A stretch of DNA of 64,000 bases from Nannocystales bacterium (GCA_050633305.1 JBOEGF010000011.1:251093-315092), one strand, 5' to 3'; counted from the first letter of the stretch, positions 28,714 through 38,810 are shown. Numbers and translations: made by a program. The notes: generated by a model from the letters alone, not told the origin.

Positions 28714-29760
28714 TCACAGGCCGGGTTGGGGCATCACAGCCGGGGCCGCTCCCCGTGGGTTGGTTCGCATGGACGCAATGCGCGCCCGCAGCATCGGTGT
28801 CTCCGGTGCGTCGGGTCGGGCATCCACAAACTCTTGGTAGCGCGTCAACGCCATGTTGGTTCGCCCCATCTTCTGCAGCGCCATGGCTTGAAGCAGCCGG
28901 TACTCGGGGCGGTGATACAGCCAGTGGGCGTCCTCGAAGTATGCCAACGCGGCGTCGTGCTCGCCGCGTTCGAGCTCGATCCACCCCAGGGCTGCCGCCT
29001 CGTTGGCCAGAATGGTGTGGGCGCCCAGGTTGAAGTCGAACGCCCGTTGGGCGAACGCGGTCAGGTCGATTCGGGCGGCCGTGAACGGTTTGGCCCCCTC
29101 GGCTTGTGTGAGGGCCTCCTCGAGGCAGCGTTGTGTGGCTTCGTGGACCGCAGGGCTCACGCGGACCGTCGGAACGCCGCTCTTGTCGTAGCGAGCGGAG
29201 AGTCGGTACGTGACCGGCCCCGCGAGCATCGCTTCTTCGAGGACCAGCGCTTCGGGGGTCCGCAGGAGGACGTTCAGGCGTGAAGATTGCTGTGCAACGA
29301 GACACGTTGCGGTCTTGCGATCGCGACTGTCGACGAAGATCCGAACAGCGCGTCGATCCTGTTGCGTCCGCGCCCGGACCTTGGACGGGCGGATGAGGAA
29401 ACGGGTGGGGTGGAGCTCGCGCGGGCGTCGGGGCTCGGCCTGCCGCAGGGCCGCCCGTTGGAGTCCTTCTGGGGTGGCGAGCCTGAACGGGTGGACCCGG
29501 ACCGTTCGCGTGATCCCGTCGTCGTCGATGACGGTGTCCTTGGGTGCGTCGTCGCCGAACCGCTTGCGGACCCACTGCCGTCGTACCGGGGGAACCTCGC
29601 GCTCGCTGCGAGCCAACTTGAGCAGGGGACTCGGTGTGAAACTGTAGGCCTTGGGCGCGTCTGGTGCCCTCGGCGGGGCTTTCGCGGCTGGACTCGAGTT
29701 CCCGCACCCCGCCAGCAGGAAGCCTGCCAACGCCCATCCCCTGCTCACACGCCATCCCAT
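28714..29760 (-). CDS. Lipoprotein with C-terminal TPR
   Basis: Start MGWRVSRGWALAGFLLAGC (lipobox). C-terminal TPR-like HDAALAYFEDAHWL...ALTRYQEFVDARPDAP. Confidence 0.72.
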   Translation of the reverse strand: MGWRVSRGWALAGFLLAGCGNSSPAAKAPPRAPDAPKAYSFTPSPLLKLARSEREVPPVRRQWVRKRFGDDAPKDTVIDDDGITRTVRVHPFRLATPEGLQRAALRQAEPRRPRELHPTRFLIRPSKVRARTQQDRRAVRIFVDSRDRKTATCLVAQQSSRLNVLLRTPEALVLEEAMLAGPVTYRLSARYDKSGVPTVRVSPAVHEATQRCLEEALTQAEGAKPFTAARIDLTAFAQRAFDFNLGAHTILANEAAALGWIELERGEHDAALAYFEDAHWLYHRPEYRLLQAMALQKMGRTNMALTRYQEFVDARPDAPETPMLRARIASMRTNPRGAAPAVMPQPGL

Positions 29761-29857
29761 GCGTGTGCAACGGGCGACGACTGGGATGCTTACGTTTCGT
29801 GCCCGCGGTACAGCACCGAGCGCCCGCCGCGATCGTTCGCTACCCTGCCGCGGAGCC

Positions 29858-30529
29858 ATGACCGAGAGCCCACAGCCTCCGTCCTCCCGGCGCGACCTCG
29901 TGTTCTTTGTACTCGCGGGCGTGTTCATCACGCACGCGCTGCTTGGAGAGCTCCTGGGTGGCAAGTTGTTCACCGCCTGGGGCTGGGTGATGAGTATCGG
30001 GGTCATTCCATGGCCGGTGGTGTTCGTCACGACCGACCTGGTCAACGAGTACTACGGTCCGAAGGCGGTCCGGCGGCTGACACTGCTGGCCATCACGCTG
30101 ATCGTCTACACCTTCGGCTTGCTCTGGCTGTGCATGCTCGTGCCGGCCGCTGACATCTCCCCGGTCGATGATGCGTCGTTCAACCGGGTGTTCGGCCAGT
30201 CGATGTGGATCATCGTGGGCTCGATCGTCGCCTTCGCCTTGAGCCAGTTGATCGACGCCTACGTGTTCGCCTGGCTTCGCCGCCGCACGAAGAACCGGCT
30301 GCTCTGGCTTCGGGCCGTGGGCTCGACTGTGGTTGCGCAGTTCATCGACACCTTCGTGATCAACTCGATCGCGTTCGGCCTACCGGGCAAGATCACGCCG
30401 ACCCAGGTGCTGGAGTTGAGCGTGACGAACTATGCGTACAAGTTCCTGATCGCTCTCGCGACGCTGCCCCTCATCTACTTCGGGCACCGCGTGGTCGACC
30501 GGTACTTTGCGGGCGACCCGGACGGGTGA
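29858..30529 (+). CDS. Queuosine precursor transporter (YhhQ/Vut_1 family)
   Basis: GVIPWPVVFVTTDLVNEYYG, GSIVAFALSQLID and LWLRAVGSTVVAQFIDT; multiple TM helices. Confidence 0.88.
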   Translation: MTESPQPPSSRRDLVFFVLAGVFITHALLGELLGGKLFTAWGWVMSIGVIPWPVVFVTTDLVNEYYGPKAVRRLTLLAITLIVYTFGLLWLCMLVPAADISPVDDASFNRVFGQSMWIIVGSIVAFALSQLIDAYVFAWLRRRTKNRLLWLRAVGSTVVAQFIDTFVINSIAFGLPGKITPTQVLELSVTNYAYKFLIALATLPLIYFGHRVVDRYFAGDPDG

Positions 30530-30544
30530 ACATGCCGCAGAAGA

Positions 30545-31294
30545 TCACTCGCCAAGGGGGAACGGGCAGAGGCCGTCTTGGGCCGCGGGCCCACAGCATG
30601 GAAGAACCGGATCAGAGGGTTCGCCCATCGGAATGCAGCACTCGGGCGGGTCGGCGACGACGTACTCGTCGCAAGTGCTCGAACACCCCGCGTTGCAGTT
30701 GACCCGTTCCGGTTGAGGCTCCTGCCCGGACGGGACGCATTTGCTCAGACACAGGTGCCTGATCCAATCAGGATCGACAAAGTCGCCGTCGCAGACCTCC
30801 TCCTGCTGATGCTGTCCATCTCCACAACGGTGGCACGCGCTCCGGTCCAGCGTACAGTCGTCCTGGCAGCTTCCAAGAACCCCACCTGCGTACGGCAGGG
30901 TGCCGGGGGGTTCGTGCCCCATGCAGGAAACCTCGGCCCCGAGCTGGTCGTCGTCCTCGGGCTGGCCGCTCGAGTTCGAGCCTGGGTCTTGCCGGCCCGG
31001 GTCGCACTCCTCGCCCTCGTCGAGCGTCCCGTTTCCGCAGCGCGGGAAGCAGGCGCTCAGATCGATCTCGCACGACTCCGAACACGTGCCATCTCGGTTG
31101 ATGCTCAACTCCGTCCGGCAGGCGTCACGAAATGAACTCCGAACGGCTGGATCGCACTCTTCTCCAACGGCGCGGTCGACGTACCCATCGCCGCACGCGA
31201 TAGTTTGGTCGAGTTCGAGGAGACAACCGCTGGTCAGCAGGAGACCGGCGGCCACGAGTGCGCGGAACACCACAGTTGAAGTGTAGCAGGGCAC
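30545..31294 (-). CDS. Cys-rich lipoprotein with myxobacterial disulfide repeats
   Basis: Lipobox LTSGC. Repeats CGDGYVD...EECD, CGNGTLDEGEECD and CGDGQHQQEEVCD. True start may be GTG 31273 or 31270. Confidence 0.8.
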   Translation of the reverse strand: MPCYTSTVVFRALVAAGLLLTSGCLLELDQTIACGDGYVDRAVGEECDPAVRSSFRDACRTELSINRDGTCSESCEIDLSACFPRCGNGTLDEGEECDPGRQDPGSNSSGQPEDDDQLGAEVSCMGHEPPGTLPYAGGVLGSCQDDCTLDRSACHRCGDGQHQQEEVCDGDFVDPDWIRHLCLSKCVPSGQEPQPERVNCNAGCSSTCDEYVVADPPECCIPMGEPSDPVLPCCGPAAQDGLCPFPLGE

Positions 31295-31309
31295 TCGCGC
31301 TTGGCCTTC

Positions 31310-34105
31310 TCAGCCAGGAAGCGCGCAGAGCGTGTCTGCGACGTTGTTGTCCTCGTTGCACTCGTTCATCGCGCCGTTGGGTGAATCGACCGAGGCAGGG
31401 TCGACGATGGCTTGGATGGTGACGGGCGGGGCGACGTCCACGGGAAGGGGCAACGTCAGGCTGAGGACCTCGAACTGTCCCGGCGCGAGTTCGATGCTCG
31501 TCTGCGTCTCGAGCAGCACGGTGGTGCTCATGCCGTCGTCGAGGAGAATGGCGACGTCCGTGCCGGCCGGAATGCTCAGCGCGCCATCGTTGCGCACGAG
31601 CACCGAGAGTTGGACCTCCCACCCGTCGTCGGTCTCCGCGGGGGTGCAGATGTTGCCGCCGAGGACCGCATCGGGAGCGGCGAAGAGCCCGTCTGGTTGG
31701 ACGTTCTGCCGGAAGTTGTTGAAGCGCTCGTTGAGCCAGTTCACCTCCATCGCAGCGGGGACGGTGCCGTCTTCGGTGATGTGGGTGATCGAGTAGGCGT
31801 GCTGGTTCCAGACTCGGCGGGTCCGGACCCAGTTGTCCGAGGCGTCCTCCCACACCACGATGCCTTGCTCGTCGGTGTTCTCTCCTACGATGATCTCGGC
31901 GTTGCCATCGTTGTCGACGTCGGCGATGACCGGCATCTCGATGCGTGTGTGGCTGTCGTGGGGGCCGAGTGTCCGAATGACGGCCCCGGTCCGCCCATCG
32001 AGGATCAACAAGTCGTTCTCGTCGGCGTAGACAACCTCGGCGTTTCCGTCGCCCTCGAAGTCGAAGACGCTCGATGCGGTGACTCTCGAACTGCAGTCCT
32101 GGTTGACCGCCTGCCACAAGATGCCCTCACTGACGCATGTATCGGGGAGGGGGTCGCCGGTGCACTCGTAGGGGTCGGCCACGACGTAGTAATCCGCGGA
32201 TGCGGTCCCGATCTCCGGCTGGCCGTCGCCATCGAAGTCCGCGATTGTTGGGGGGCCGGACTCGTTGTACGGACAGTCGATGACGGGCAGGGGCACCCGT
32301 TGAAGCTCCGTCCCGTCGGTATCGAGGACAAACACCTCGCCCAACCGGATGATGACGATCTCGCCTTCGTCGTCGTCGTCGAAGTTCGCGATCGCAGTGA
32401 AGCCGTCGCAGGTGAGCACTGAGCCGTTGTGGCACGCGCTGTTGGACCCGGCGCCGTAGTCGTAGCTCCACACGATGTTGCCCTCGTGGTCGTACAGGGT
32501 GTTCCCGGCTGCAACTTCGAGGTTGCCGTCGAGGTCGACGTCGGCGACCGCAGACGAGGGTCCAAGGAAGCCGTTGTTCCCCACGCCGGCATCGGCCTCG
32601 CCGTCCGGGACTGCCGAGGCGAGTCCATCCCAGAGCAGCGAGCCGTCTTGTCCGTTGAGCGCGATGTTCCCCACGATGACCTCAGGGGTGCCGCTGGCGT
32701 CCAAGTCTGCGACCGATGCGATGGGGCCGCCGCGGGTGTGCACGTCCCACGTTGGATAGGTCTGGTTGTGCCACATCAGCTCCCACGCGCTGCCGTCGAT
32801 CTCGGTGCGCCGGAACGCCGCGGTGCCTTGGGGCTGATTGCTCGCATTGAGGGTCAGCGCGACCAGCTCGGGGACCCCGTCCCCGTCGAGGTCGGCACCT
32901 GCAATGCCCGCGTCGTTGGTGAGTCGGTAGCCGTCGGCCAGCAGGGACTCGTTGATCGTGCCCAACTCGAGCATGGACCCGTCGGCTTCGGGCTGTCCGC
33001 TGGTGATGCGAAGCGTCGCGCGGCGGTTGCAGCACCCGTCGCCTTGGCGGTCGTAGGTCAGGAACGCGATGTCGGGTGTGTCGCCGTTGTCGGTGAGTCC
33101 GTCGTCGTTGTCATCCGTCAGATTGAGCACGATGGGCGTCGCAACCACGTCGTTGCGAACTGGGTCGACAGTCGTGTCGGCATCGGTCCACTGTCCGCCG
33201 ATCTCTGGCTCGAACTCTCCAACCGGTGGGATGAACTCGCAGTCCGGCGCAGCGTCCTCGGGAACACATTGGCCGGTCGACTGGGCGCAGATCTGGCCGA
33301 TGGGACACTCCTCGGTGAACTCGCAGTCATCGCCGGGGACCACGCAAGTCGTCGCGAAGCAGACCTCACCATCGCCGCAGCAGGTGTCGAGGTCAGCGCC
33401 GCAGATGTCGTTGTCGTTGTCGCACTTCGGCACGCAGGCGGTGCCGTCGCAGGTCAGCTCGAAGCTGCAGCACACGTCGTCACAGAACTCGGTGGGCCCC
33501 TCGTCGATGTTGGAGTCGCAGTTGTCGTCGAGCCCGTTGCAGACCTCGAGCCCATCGGGATTGACGTCCTCGTTGTCGTCGAGACAGTCCGCGTCGTTGT
33601 CGACCCAGCCTTCGGGGATGTCGGCGCACGTCCGGATGCCGTTGTCATTGGCGTCGCCGTACCCATCGTTATCGGCATCGGGCCACAGCTGCTGCGAGTT
33701 GGGATCGAAGCCGGCGCAGACCACTGCGTTCTCGCCATCGCATTCCCACGCGAGCTCGTCGCATTCGTTGCAGGCCTCGCCGAGGGTCTGTGGGAGCGCA
33801 TCGCAGCCCCCGCATGGGTTCTCGTCACCGGGGCAGGCCGAGCCACTGTCGGTGGCGTCGGTGTCGGCTGCGTCGGTGTCGGTCCCCTGGGAGTCCGTGC
33901 CCGAGCCCAAGGTCGGGTCGCTCGACGGTGAGTCGGTCGCGTTCTCGGAGTCGGTGCCGCTTTGCGTCACGGCGTCGCTGAGTGAGCCAATTCCATCGGT
34001 GTCCTCGGTCGCGGCGGCGAAGTCTCCGCACGCGGTCAACGCAAGCAGTGAGACCCCCGAGATGCGCCCGAGACGCGTTGCTTTCGCCGAGGTGCAGTTT
34101 GTCAA
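31310..34105 (-). CDS. Large surface lipoprotein: Ser/Thr/Asp linker, MopE-like/Cys-rich region, FG-GAP (VCBS) beta-propeller and CARDB-like C-terminus
   Basis: Lipobox LTAC; DADNDGYGD and EVCNGLDDNCD; repeated ADLDGDGVPE, ADFDGDGQPE and DVDNDGNAE; WNQHAY; ECNEDNN. Confidence 0.88.
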   Translation of the reverse strand: MTNCTSAKATRLGRISGVSLLALTACGDFAAATEDTDGIGSLSDAVTQSGTDSENATDSPSSDPTLGSGTDSQGTDTDAADTDATDSGSACPGDENPCGGCDALPQTLGEACNECDELAWECDGENAVVCAGFDPNSQQLWPDADNDGYGDANDNGIRTCADIPEGWVDNDADCLDDNEDVNPDGLEVCNGLDDNCDSNIDEGPTEFCDDVCCSFELTCDGTACVPKCDNDNDICGADLDTCCGDGEVCFATTCVVPGDDCEFTEECPIGQICAQSTGQCVPEDAAPDCEFIPPVGEFEPEIGGQWTDADTTVDPVRNDVVATPIVLNLTDDNDDGLTDNGDTPDIAFLTYDRQGDGCCNRRATLRITSGQPEADGSMLELGTINESLLADGYRLTNDAGIAGADLDGDGVPELVALTLNASNQPQGTAAFRRTEIDGSAWELMWHNQTYPTWDVHTRGGPIASVADLDASGTPEVIVGNIALNGQDGSLLWDGLASAVPDGEADAGVGNNGFLGPSSAVADVDLDGNLEVAAGNTLYDHEGNIVWSYDYGAGSNSACHNGSVLTCDGFTAIANFDDDDEGEIVIIRLGEVFVLDTDGTELQRVPLPVIDCPYNESGPPTIADFDGDGQPEIGTASADYYVVADPYECTGDPLPDTCVSEGILWQAVNQDCSSRVTASSVFDFEGDGNAEVVYADENDLLILDGRTGAVIRTLGPHDSHTRIEMPVIADVDNDGNAEIIVGENTDEQGIVVWEDASDNWVRTRRVWNQHAYSITHITEDGTVPAAMEVNWLNERFNNFRQNVQPDGLFAAPDAVLGGNICTPAETDDGWEVQLSVLVRNDGALSIPAGTDVAILLDDGMSTTVLLETQTSIELAPGQFEVLSLTLPLPVDVAPPVTIQAIVDPASVDSPNGAMNECNEDNNVADTLCALPG

Positions 34106-34198
34106 ACCGAGGGTGAGACACCCCAGGTGCGCGAAGATCCGGATGGGCGCTTACTTTTTTGCGTTGGGATGATGGAGCTGCGCGCGTTCGCACCTTTC

Positions 34199-35254
34199 CT
34201 ACTCGCTCTGCGCGGCAGGAGCCGTGGCTCGGGGGAGCCGCAGCGCGGCTCTCCAGTCCAGGTTGAGGCTCCACTGGGAACCCAGGCCGAGCAGGACGAT
34301 GGTGCTGAGTTGGCAGACGTACAAGTAGAACGCGAAGGTCGATCCCGCCGCCATGACGGTGTCCCCGGGCAGGAACAGATGGAGGCCCGCCGCCACGCCG
34401 GTTTGAAACACGCCGAGCTGCGCTGGACCGCCGGGGATCAGCAGGGCCAGGTTCATGATCGCCAGCGTCGCGATGGCCTCGAATGGGGTGAGTGCGAGGC
34501 CGCAGCCCTGGGCCAGGATCCACATCCCGGCCGCGTTGGCGAGCCAGTAGCCGATGCTCACCGCGACAAACCCTGTGATCGCCGCAGGGTTGGGTAGGGC
34601 TCGAAACCCGTCCGCGACCCCCCGAATGGTCTGCTCCGCCCAGTCGGCGAACTTGGGAGACCACCCCAAGACCCACCGGGATGCAGCTGCGATGGGGGCG
34701 GGCCACCGGGCGGCAGCGAGCATGCCGAGCAGGGCAGCCGAGAACACCGCCATGACGGCCATGCTCGCGATATAGAAGGTCTGCGTGTCGCCTTGCGGTT
34801 GGGCGAACGCCATCGCAACGAAGAACAGCGCGCAGACCAACACGCCGTCGACCGCTCTCTCGATTGCGACGGTTCCCAGCGAGGTACTCACCTTGAGGTC
34901 GCTGCGTTGGGCCAAGAACACCGGGCGCGCGAACTCGCCAAGCCGGAACGGCATCAGTGCGATCCACATGTAGCCCGCGAGTCCGATCCGGGTGACCTCC
35001 CCCAAGCCGGGAAGTTGTTGACCGCCCAGCGGAGCGAGCAGCAGCCGCCATCGACCGGCGCGCAAGAGGTGGTACGGAAGGAGGGAGCCGAGGTACAGGG
35101 CGATGACTGCGGGAGATATCGACAGATCGTTCGGGATCGTGTCGAGGTAGGGGTGCAACGCGAGTACGAACGCGGCGGCGAGTACAAGAGACAAGCCGAG
35201 CTTGATGGCCACGCCCCGGCGTGCCGGAGGCTCGGGCTTCGGCGGCGCCTGCAT
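34199..35254 (-). CDS. Lysylphosphatidylglycerol synthase TM-domain / flippase-like membrane protein (UPF0104)
   Basis: LRAGRWRLLL, MPFRLGEFARP, GTVAIERAVDG and IPGGPAQLG. Confidence 0.88.
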   Translation of the reverse strand: MQAPPKPEPPARRGVAIKLGLSLVLAAAFVLALHPYLDTIPNDLSISPAVIALYLGSLLPYHLLRAGRWRLLLAPLGGQQLPGLGEVTRIGLAGYMWIALMPFRLGEFARPVFLAQRSDLKVSTSLGTVAIERAVDGVLVCALFFVAMAFAQPQGDTQTFYIASMAVMAVFSAALLGMLAAARWPAPIAAASRWVLGWSPKFADWAEQTIRGVADGFRALPNPAAITGFVAVSIGYWLANAAGMWILAQGCGLALTPFEAIATLAIMNLALLIPGGPAQLGVFQTGVAAGLHLFLPGDTVMAAGSTFAFYLYVCQLSTIVLLGLGSQWSLNLDWRAALRLPRATAPAAQSE

Positions 35255-35282
35255 CAAGGTCAGCCTACCGTGGGTGGATGCC

Positions 35283-35687
35283 TCAGGCGAGCAGAGCTCC
35301 GAGCGTGTCGCGGCTGCGGGCGAACGCGGAGAGTGCGAGGCCGAGGTTGGCCCGGTGGTCGAGCAACATCGCGACCACGAATGCCTCGCTGACCGGACTC
35401 GCGACGAGCGTGTGCGTGCAGGTCTCGAGCATCACCGTTGGTGCGGTGATCCCCTGAGCTGCGGCGGTCTGGTGCAGGCGGAACAACGGCAAGCCGAGTT
35501 GGGCGCCGAGGAGCTGCACATCGATGCCTTCGATCAGCGACGGGATGTGGGCGTAGTCGATCGCCAGGCCCTGCTCATCGCTCACCACTCCCGCGAATGC
35601 GCCCGGCGTGCGCTCGACCATGTTGCGCAGCGCCTCGCCAAACTCGGTGCCCAACCGCGACTCGACCGTGCGTGCCACGCGGGTCAT
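35283..35687 (-). CDS. Roadblock/LC7 (MglB-like) domain protein
   Basis: Start ATG 35687 overlaps the upstream stop (ATGA). FGEALRNMVERTPGAFAGVVSDEQGLAID...ANLGLAL fits the roadblock pattern. Confidence 0.75.
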   Translation of the reverse strand: MTRVARTVESRLGTEFGEALRNMVERTPGAFAGVVSDEQGLAIDYAHIPSLIEGIDVQLLGAQLGLPLFRLHQTAAAQGITAPTVMLETCTHTLVASPVSEAFVVAMLLDHRANLGLALSAFARSRDTLGALLA

Positions 35688-36613
35688 GGCGGGGCCCCGG
35701 TTCCGGTGACGACCTTCACGGCCCACTTCTTGCGCAAGGCATCGAGCTCTCGGTCGTAGGAGGCCGCTCGCCAAGGTCCAAGAACGGCGGCGCGTGCAGC
35801 CGCGACCGTGGCGGGGTCTTCGAGCGGCGCGGGCTCGAGCACCTGGACCAAGAAGACGATGTGATACCCGAAGCGGGTGCGGAACGGCTCGATGAAGCCG
35901 GGCTCCGTGTGTGGACGGACGTTCTCGACCCACTCCGCCGCCCATTTCGGCTCCACGCAGACGCCCTGGGAATCCTCGCGGATGCAGGCGTCGAGGTCGA
36001 AGGCCTTGGACTCGACGCTGAGTTTCACCACGCCGTCGTCCTTGTTCTCGTAGCGCATCAGCTTGCCCATCAGACGACACGCCTGAGGGTCGTCGGGGCG
36101 GACGTAGCGCTGCACCCGAGCGGCGATCGTTTCGATCCGGCTCTTCGCGGTGGCCTGCCACTGGGCGTCCTTGGCCTTGTCGAGCATCGCGTCGCGATCG
36201 TCGAACCCCGCGGGGACGGCGACGATCTGACACAGCATCGAGAGCCGCGGGCGGACGTGCTTGGGGGAGGCCAACGCTCGCATGAAGATCGGATCGTCCT
36301 CGGGGATGTCCGAGACCTCGTGGGTGGGCTCAAAGGTGTCGTGCATCCAAAGCCGAGCCAACGCGCCGCGGCGGACGAATCTCTCTCGGGCTTCGGTCAG
36401 AAGCGGCGGCGGGTCGACCCGGCTGTCCTGCTCGGCGCGTGCGGCCGAGGCGAGCAACGCGACCTCTTCGATGTGAGTGCGAGCTTGCGCGTCGGAGACC
36501 CCGTCGCGCCGAGCCACCATCTTCACCACCGCGCTGGCGGGCTCGCCGGTGTTGTGTGCAGGGTCGAGGCTGTTCGAGCCGCACGCCGTCGTCGCGATCA
36601 GGCCCCACAACAA
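35684..36613 (-). CDS. Parvulin/PpiC-like peptidyl-prolyl isomerase-type lipoprotein
   Basis: Lipobox-like ATTAC; PGFIEPFRTRFGYHIVFL; SurA/PrsA-like end LDALRKKWAVKV. Start (TTG 36613) is uncertain. Confidence 0.65.
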   Translation of the reverse strand: MLWGLIATTACGSNSLDPAHNTGEPASAVVKMVARRDGVSDAQARTHIEEVALLASAARAEQDSRVDPPPLLTEARERFVRRGALARLWMHDTFEPTHEVSDIPEDDPIFMRALASPKHVRPRLSMLCQIVAVPAGFDDRDAMLDKAKDAQWQATAKSRIETIAARVQRYVRPDDPQACRLMGKLMRYENKDDGVVKLSVESKAFDLDACIREDSQGVCVEPKWAAEWVENVRPHTEPGFIEPFRTRFGYHIVFLVQVLEPAPLEDPATVAAARAAVLGPWRAASYDRELDALRKKWAVKVVTGTGAPP

Positions 36614-36623
36614 CGCCGCCTTT

Positions 36624-37814
36624 CTAGAACGGCATCGAATACGAGAGGCTGCCCAACGCTCGGATCGGCCCGAAGCGGTTCGTCTGGTGCACGTAGTTGT
36701 AGGTCGCCTGCAGCCAGGCCCCGTCGAGCCACTGCAGCCCCGTTTTGGCGGCCAACGCATCCAGGCCGTAGGTTAGCTGAACGCCGCCGGTGTGGGAGCG
36801 CCAATCGTCGACCTTCACATCGGCACTTGCGCAGCCTTCGGGGGTGCCGCGGGAGCAGCCCACATCGGTGTCCATGTACTGCATGTCGTCGCGAAAGAAG
36901 AACGCCTCGGACTGCGTGTAGAAGCGATAGCGGAAGCGGACCCGGAGGTTCGTCGTGGCCCGGATGTGCACGCGCGGGTCGATGGCGTGGCCCTTGACGC
37001 CCCAGTCATCCGCGTAGAACCGGTAGCGCGGCTCGAGGGTGATCTTGGCCGCCGGCAGGTAGTAGCGCAGCGAACCGAACACCGTGACCCGGTTGCGCTT
37101 GCTCGGGTGCTTCTCGAACTCGATCCCGGGCAGTTGTTCGCCCCGATAGGGGTTGTCCATCGGCCCCTGCGCGTTCGCATACTCGACCGTGACCAGCGAG
37201 AGCAGATTGCGGGTGAGAATGTGGGAGTAGCCGGCTGAGACGTAGTGGGTTCGCAACAGGTTGGAGCCCTCGCCGAACCCTCCGTCTCGGCAACCTAGCT
37301 CCGCGTTGCCGCCGCACCACGCGAGGCGGCGGCCCATCCCATCGAAGATGCGATAGACGCGGTCGAAGTTGAACGCGTACGAGAGCGAGAGGTTGATCGT
37401 CCGCTGCCGAAGGTCGCGGCCGAGACTCGCCCCGAGACTGCGAGACTGCCAATCCGTCTCCGTCGAGTAGCGAAAAAATGTGCCCAGCTGCCACTCTTGC
37501 AGGCGCGAGGCTGCGCTGACGGTCGCTTCATGCCGGATCTCGGTGAACGAGAAATCGCCACCGGTCACGGCTGTGGTGCCCGTCGCGATCGAGGCCGAGG
37601 TGACCGCATCGAGGAGGTACGCCGCGCCGAGTGTCAGGCGCTCGTCGGGGACGTCGACGGTCATCTTCAACTCGGGCGAAAGCACCCGGGTCGATTGCTC
37701 CCGATAGTAGTTGCCGCGCAACGTGACGCGGTCCTCGGCCTGGGCGTGCCCGGTCGGGAGAAACCACGCGACGAGCACCAGGGCCCACAACCACAGATTC
37801 AGCCGCACCCGCAT
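36624..37814 (-). CDS. DUF3570 family outer-membrane beta-barrel protein
   Basis: Signal peptide; YLLDAVTSAS, YSTETDW, NPYR and YRFYADDWGV; ends in Phe; adjacent to a DUF4266-like gene. Confidence 0.82.
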   Translation of the reverse strand: MRVRLNLWLWALVLVAWFLPTGHAQAEDRVTLRGNYYREQSTRVLSPELKMTVDVPDERLTLGAAYLLDAVTSASIATGTTAVTGGDFSFTEIRHEATVSAASRLQEWQLGTFFRYSTETDWQSRSLGASLGRDLRQRTINLSLSYAFNFDRVYRIFDGMGRRLAWCGGNAELGCRDGGFGEGSNLLRTHYVSAGYSHILTRNLLSLVTVEYANAQGPMDNPYRGEQLPGIEFEKHPSKRNRVTVFGSLRYYLPAAKITLEPRYRFYADDWGVKGHAIDPRVHIRATTNLRVRFRYRFYTQSEAFFFRDDMQYMDTDVGCSRGTPEGCASADVKVDDWRSHTGGVQLTYGLDALAAKTGLQWLDGAWLQATYNYVHQTNRFGPIRALGSLSYSMPF

Positions 37815-38035
37815 CCGCCCCCAGCTGCGCCGTGTCCACCCATGCTGCCCTCGCGCGCGGCTTCGATGTGGGTGTGGAAGCTCTCCTCGTCAGCATCGGA
37901 GCCTGGGGTCATCTCCGGCTTGCTGAGGTTGGCGCGCTGCGCCGGCGTGACGGTGACGCATCCGGACGCGACGAGCAGGGCAGGGGCCGCTGCGAGCGTG
38001 CAGGCAGCGCGACGGAGCAGACGCGACCGGTTCAT
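37799..38035 (-). CDS. DUF4266 family small lipoprotein
   Basis: MNRSRLL...LVASGC lipobox; C-terminal AREGSMGGHGAAGGGCGCG. Confidence 0.85.
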   Translation of the reverse strand: MNRSRLLRRAACTLAAAPALLVASGCVTVTPAQRANLSKPEMTPGSDADEESFHTHIEAAREGSMGGHGAAGGGCGCG

Positions 38036-38108
38036 CGCCGCCACGCTGCCCGACTCCGCGGTCTCGGGCAAGCGCTCCGAGCGGCTTGTTCTCCCGCGGA
38101 TTTTTGGC

Positions 38109-38810
38109 ATGATGCGCGGCGGTTTGGTCGACGGGGAACGAGCGAGACAAGTGGTGGTCATCGATGGACCCGCGGGTGCGGGCAAGTCGACCATCGCTCG
38201 GGACCTCGCGCGCGCCTTGGGGTTGAGCATGCTCGACACCGGGGCCATCTACCGAGCTCTGGCCCTCGCGGCAGCACGGCAGGGCGTAGGTTGGGACGAC
38301 GAGGCGGCCCTCGCGGCGCTGTGCCGGTCGCTTCCAATCCGCTTCGAAAGCCCTGAGAGCGGACCACAGCGGGTGTTCTTGGACGCGCTGGACGTGACGG
38401 AGGCGATTCGCACAGCGGAGATCACGGCGGGAGCGTCGAAGGTGTCCGCGCATCCGGCTGTGCGCGCCGAGCTGTTGTCCGTGCAGCGAGCGCTGGGTGC
38501 TGGCGGATGTGTCGCGGAAGGGCGGGACATGGGAACGGTCGTCTTTCCCGACGCGCCACACAAGTTCTTCGTGACAGCCTCGCCGTTGGTTCGCGCGATG
38601 CGGCGCCGCGAAGAGAGGATCGCGCGCGGCGACGAAGGCGTCCCCTCGGTGGAAGCGGTGCGGCGTGCCCTCGAAGAGCGGGACCTGCGCGACTCGACCC
38701 GCGAGGCCGCCCCGCTGGCCCAGGCCCAGGACGCGGTCCGGGTCGACACGTCCTCGATGCAGCCCGAAGCGGTGGTCGACCACCTGCTCTCACTCATCGA
38801 GGCCGGCTAG
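38109..38810 (+). CDS. cmk: Cytidylate kinase
   Basis: VIDGPAGAGKST, LDTGAIYR, EGRDMGTVVFPDA and RDSTREAAPL. Confidence 0.95.
   Translation: MMRGGLVDGERARQVVVIDGPAGAGKSTIARDLARALGLSMLDTGAIYRALALAAARQGVGWDDEAALAALCRSLPIRFESPESGPQRVFLDALDVTEAIRTAEITAGASKVSAHPAVRAELLSVQRALGAGGCVAEGRDMGTVVFPDAPHKFFVTASPLVRAMRRREERIARGDEGVPSVEAVRRALEERDLRDSTREAAPLAQAQDAVRVDTSSMQPEAVVDHLLSLIEAG

Noticed and set aside
29761..29857. preQ1 riboswitch upstream of the queuosine-precursor transporter
   Set aside because: Short GC-rich divergent spacer with no preQ1-like stem or A-rich tail.
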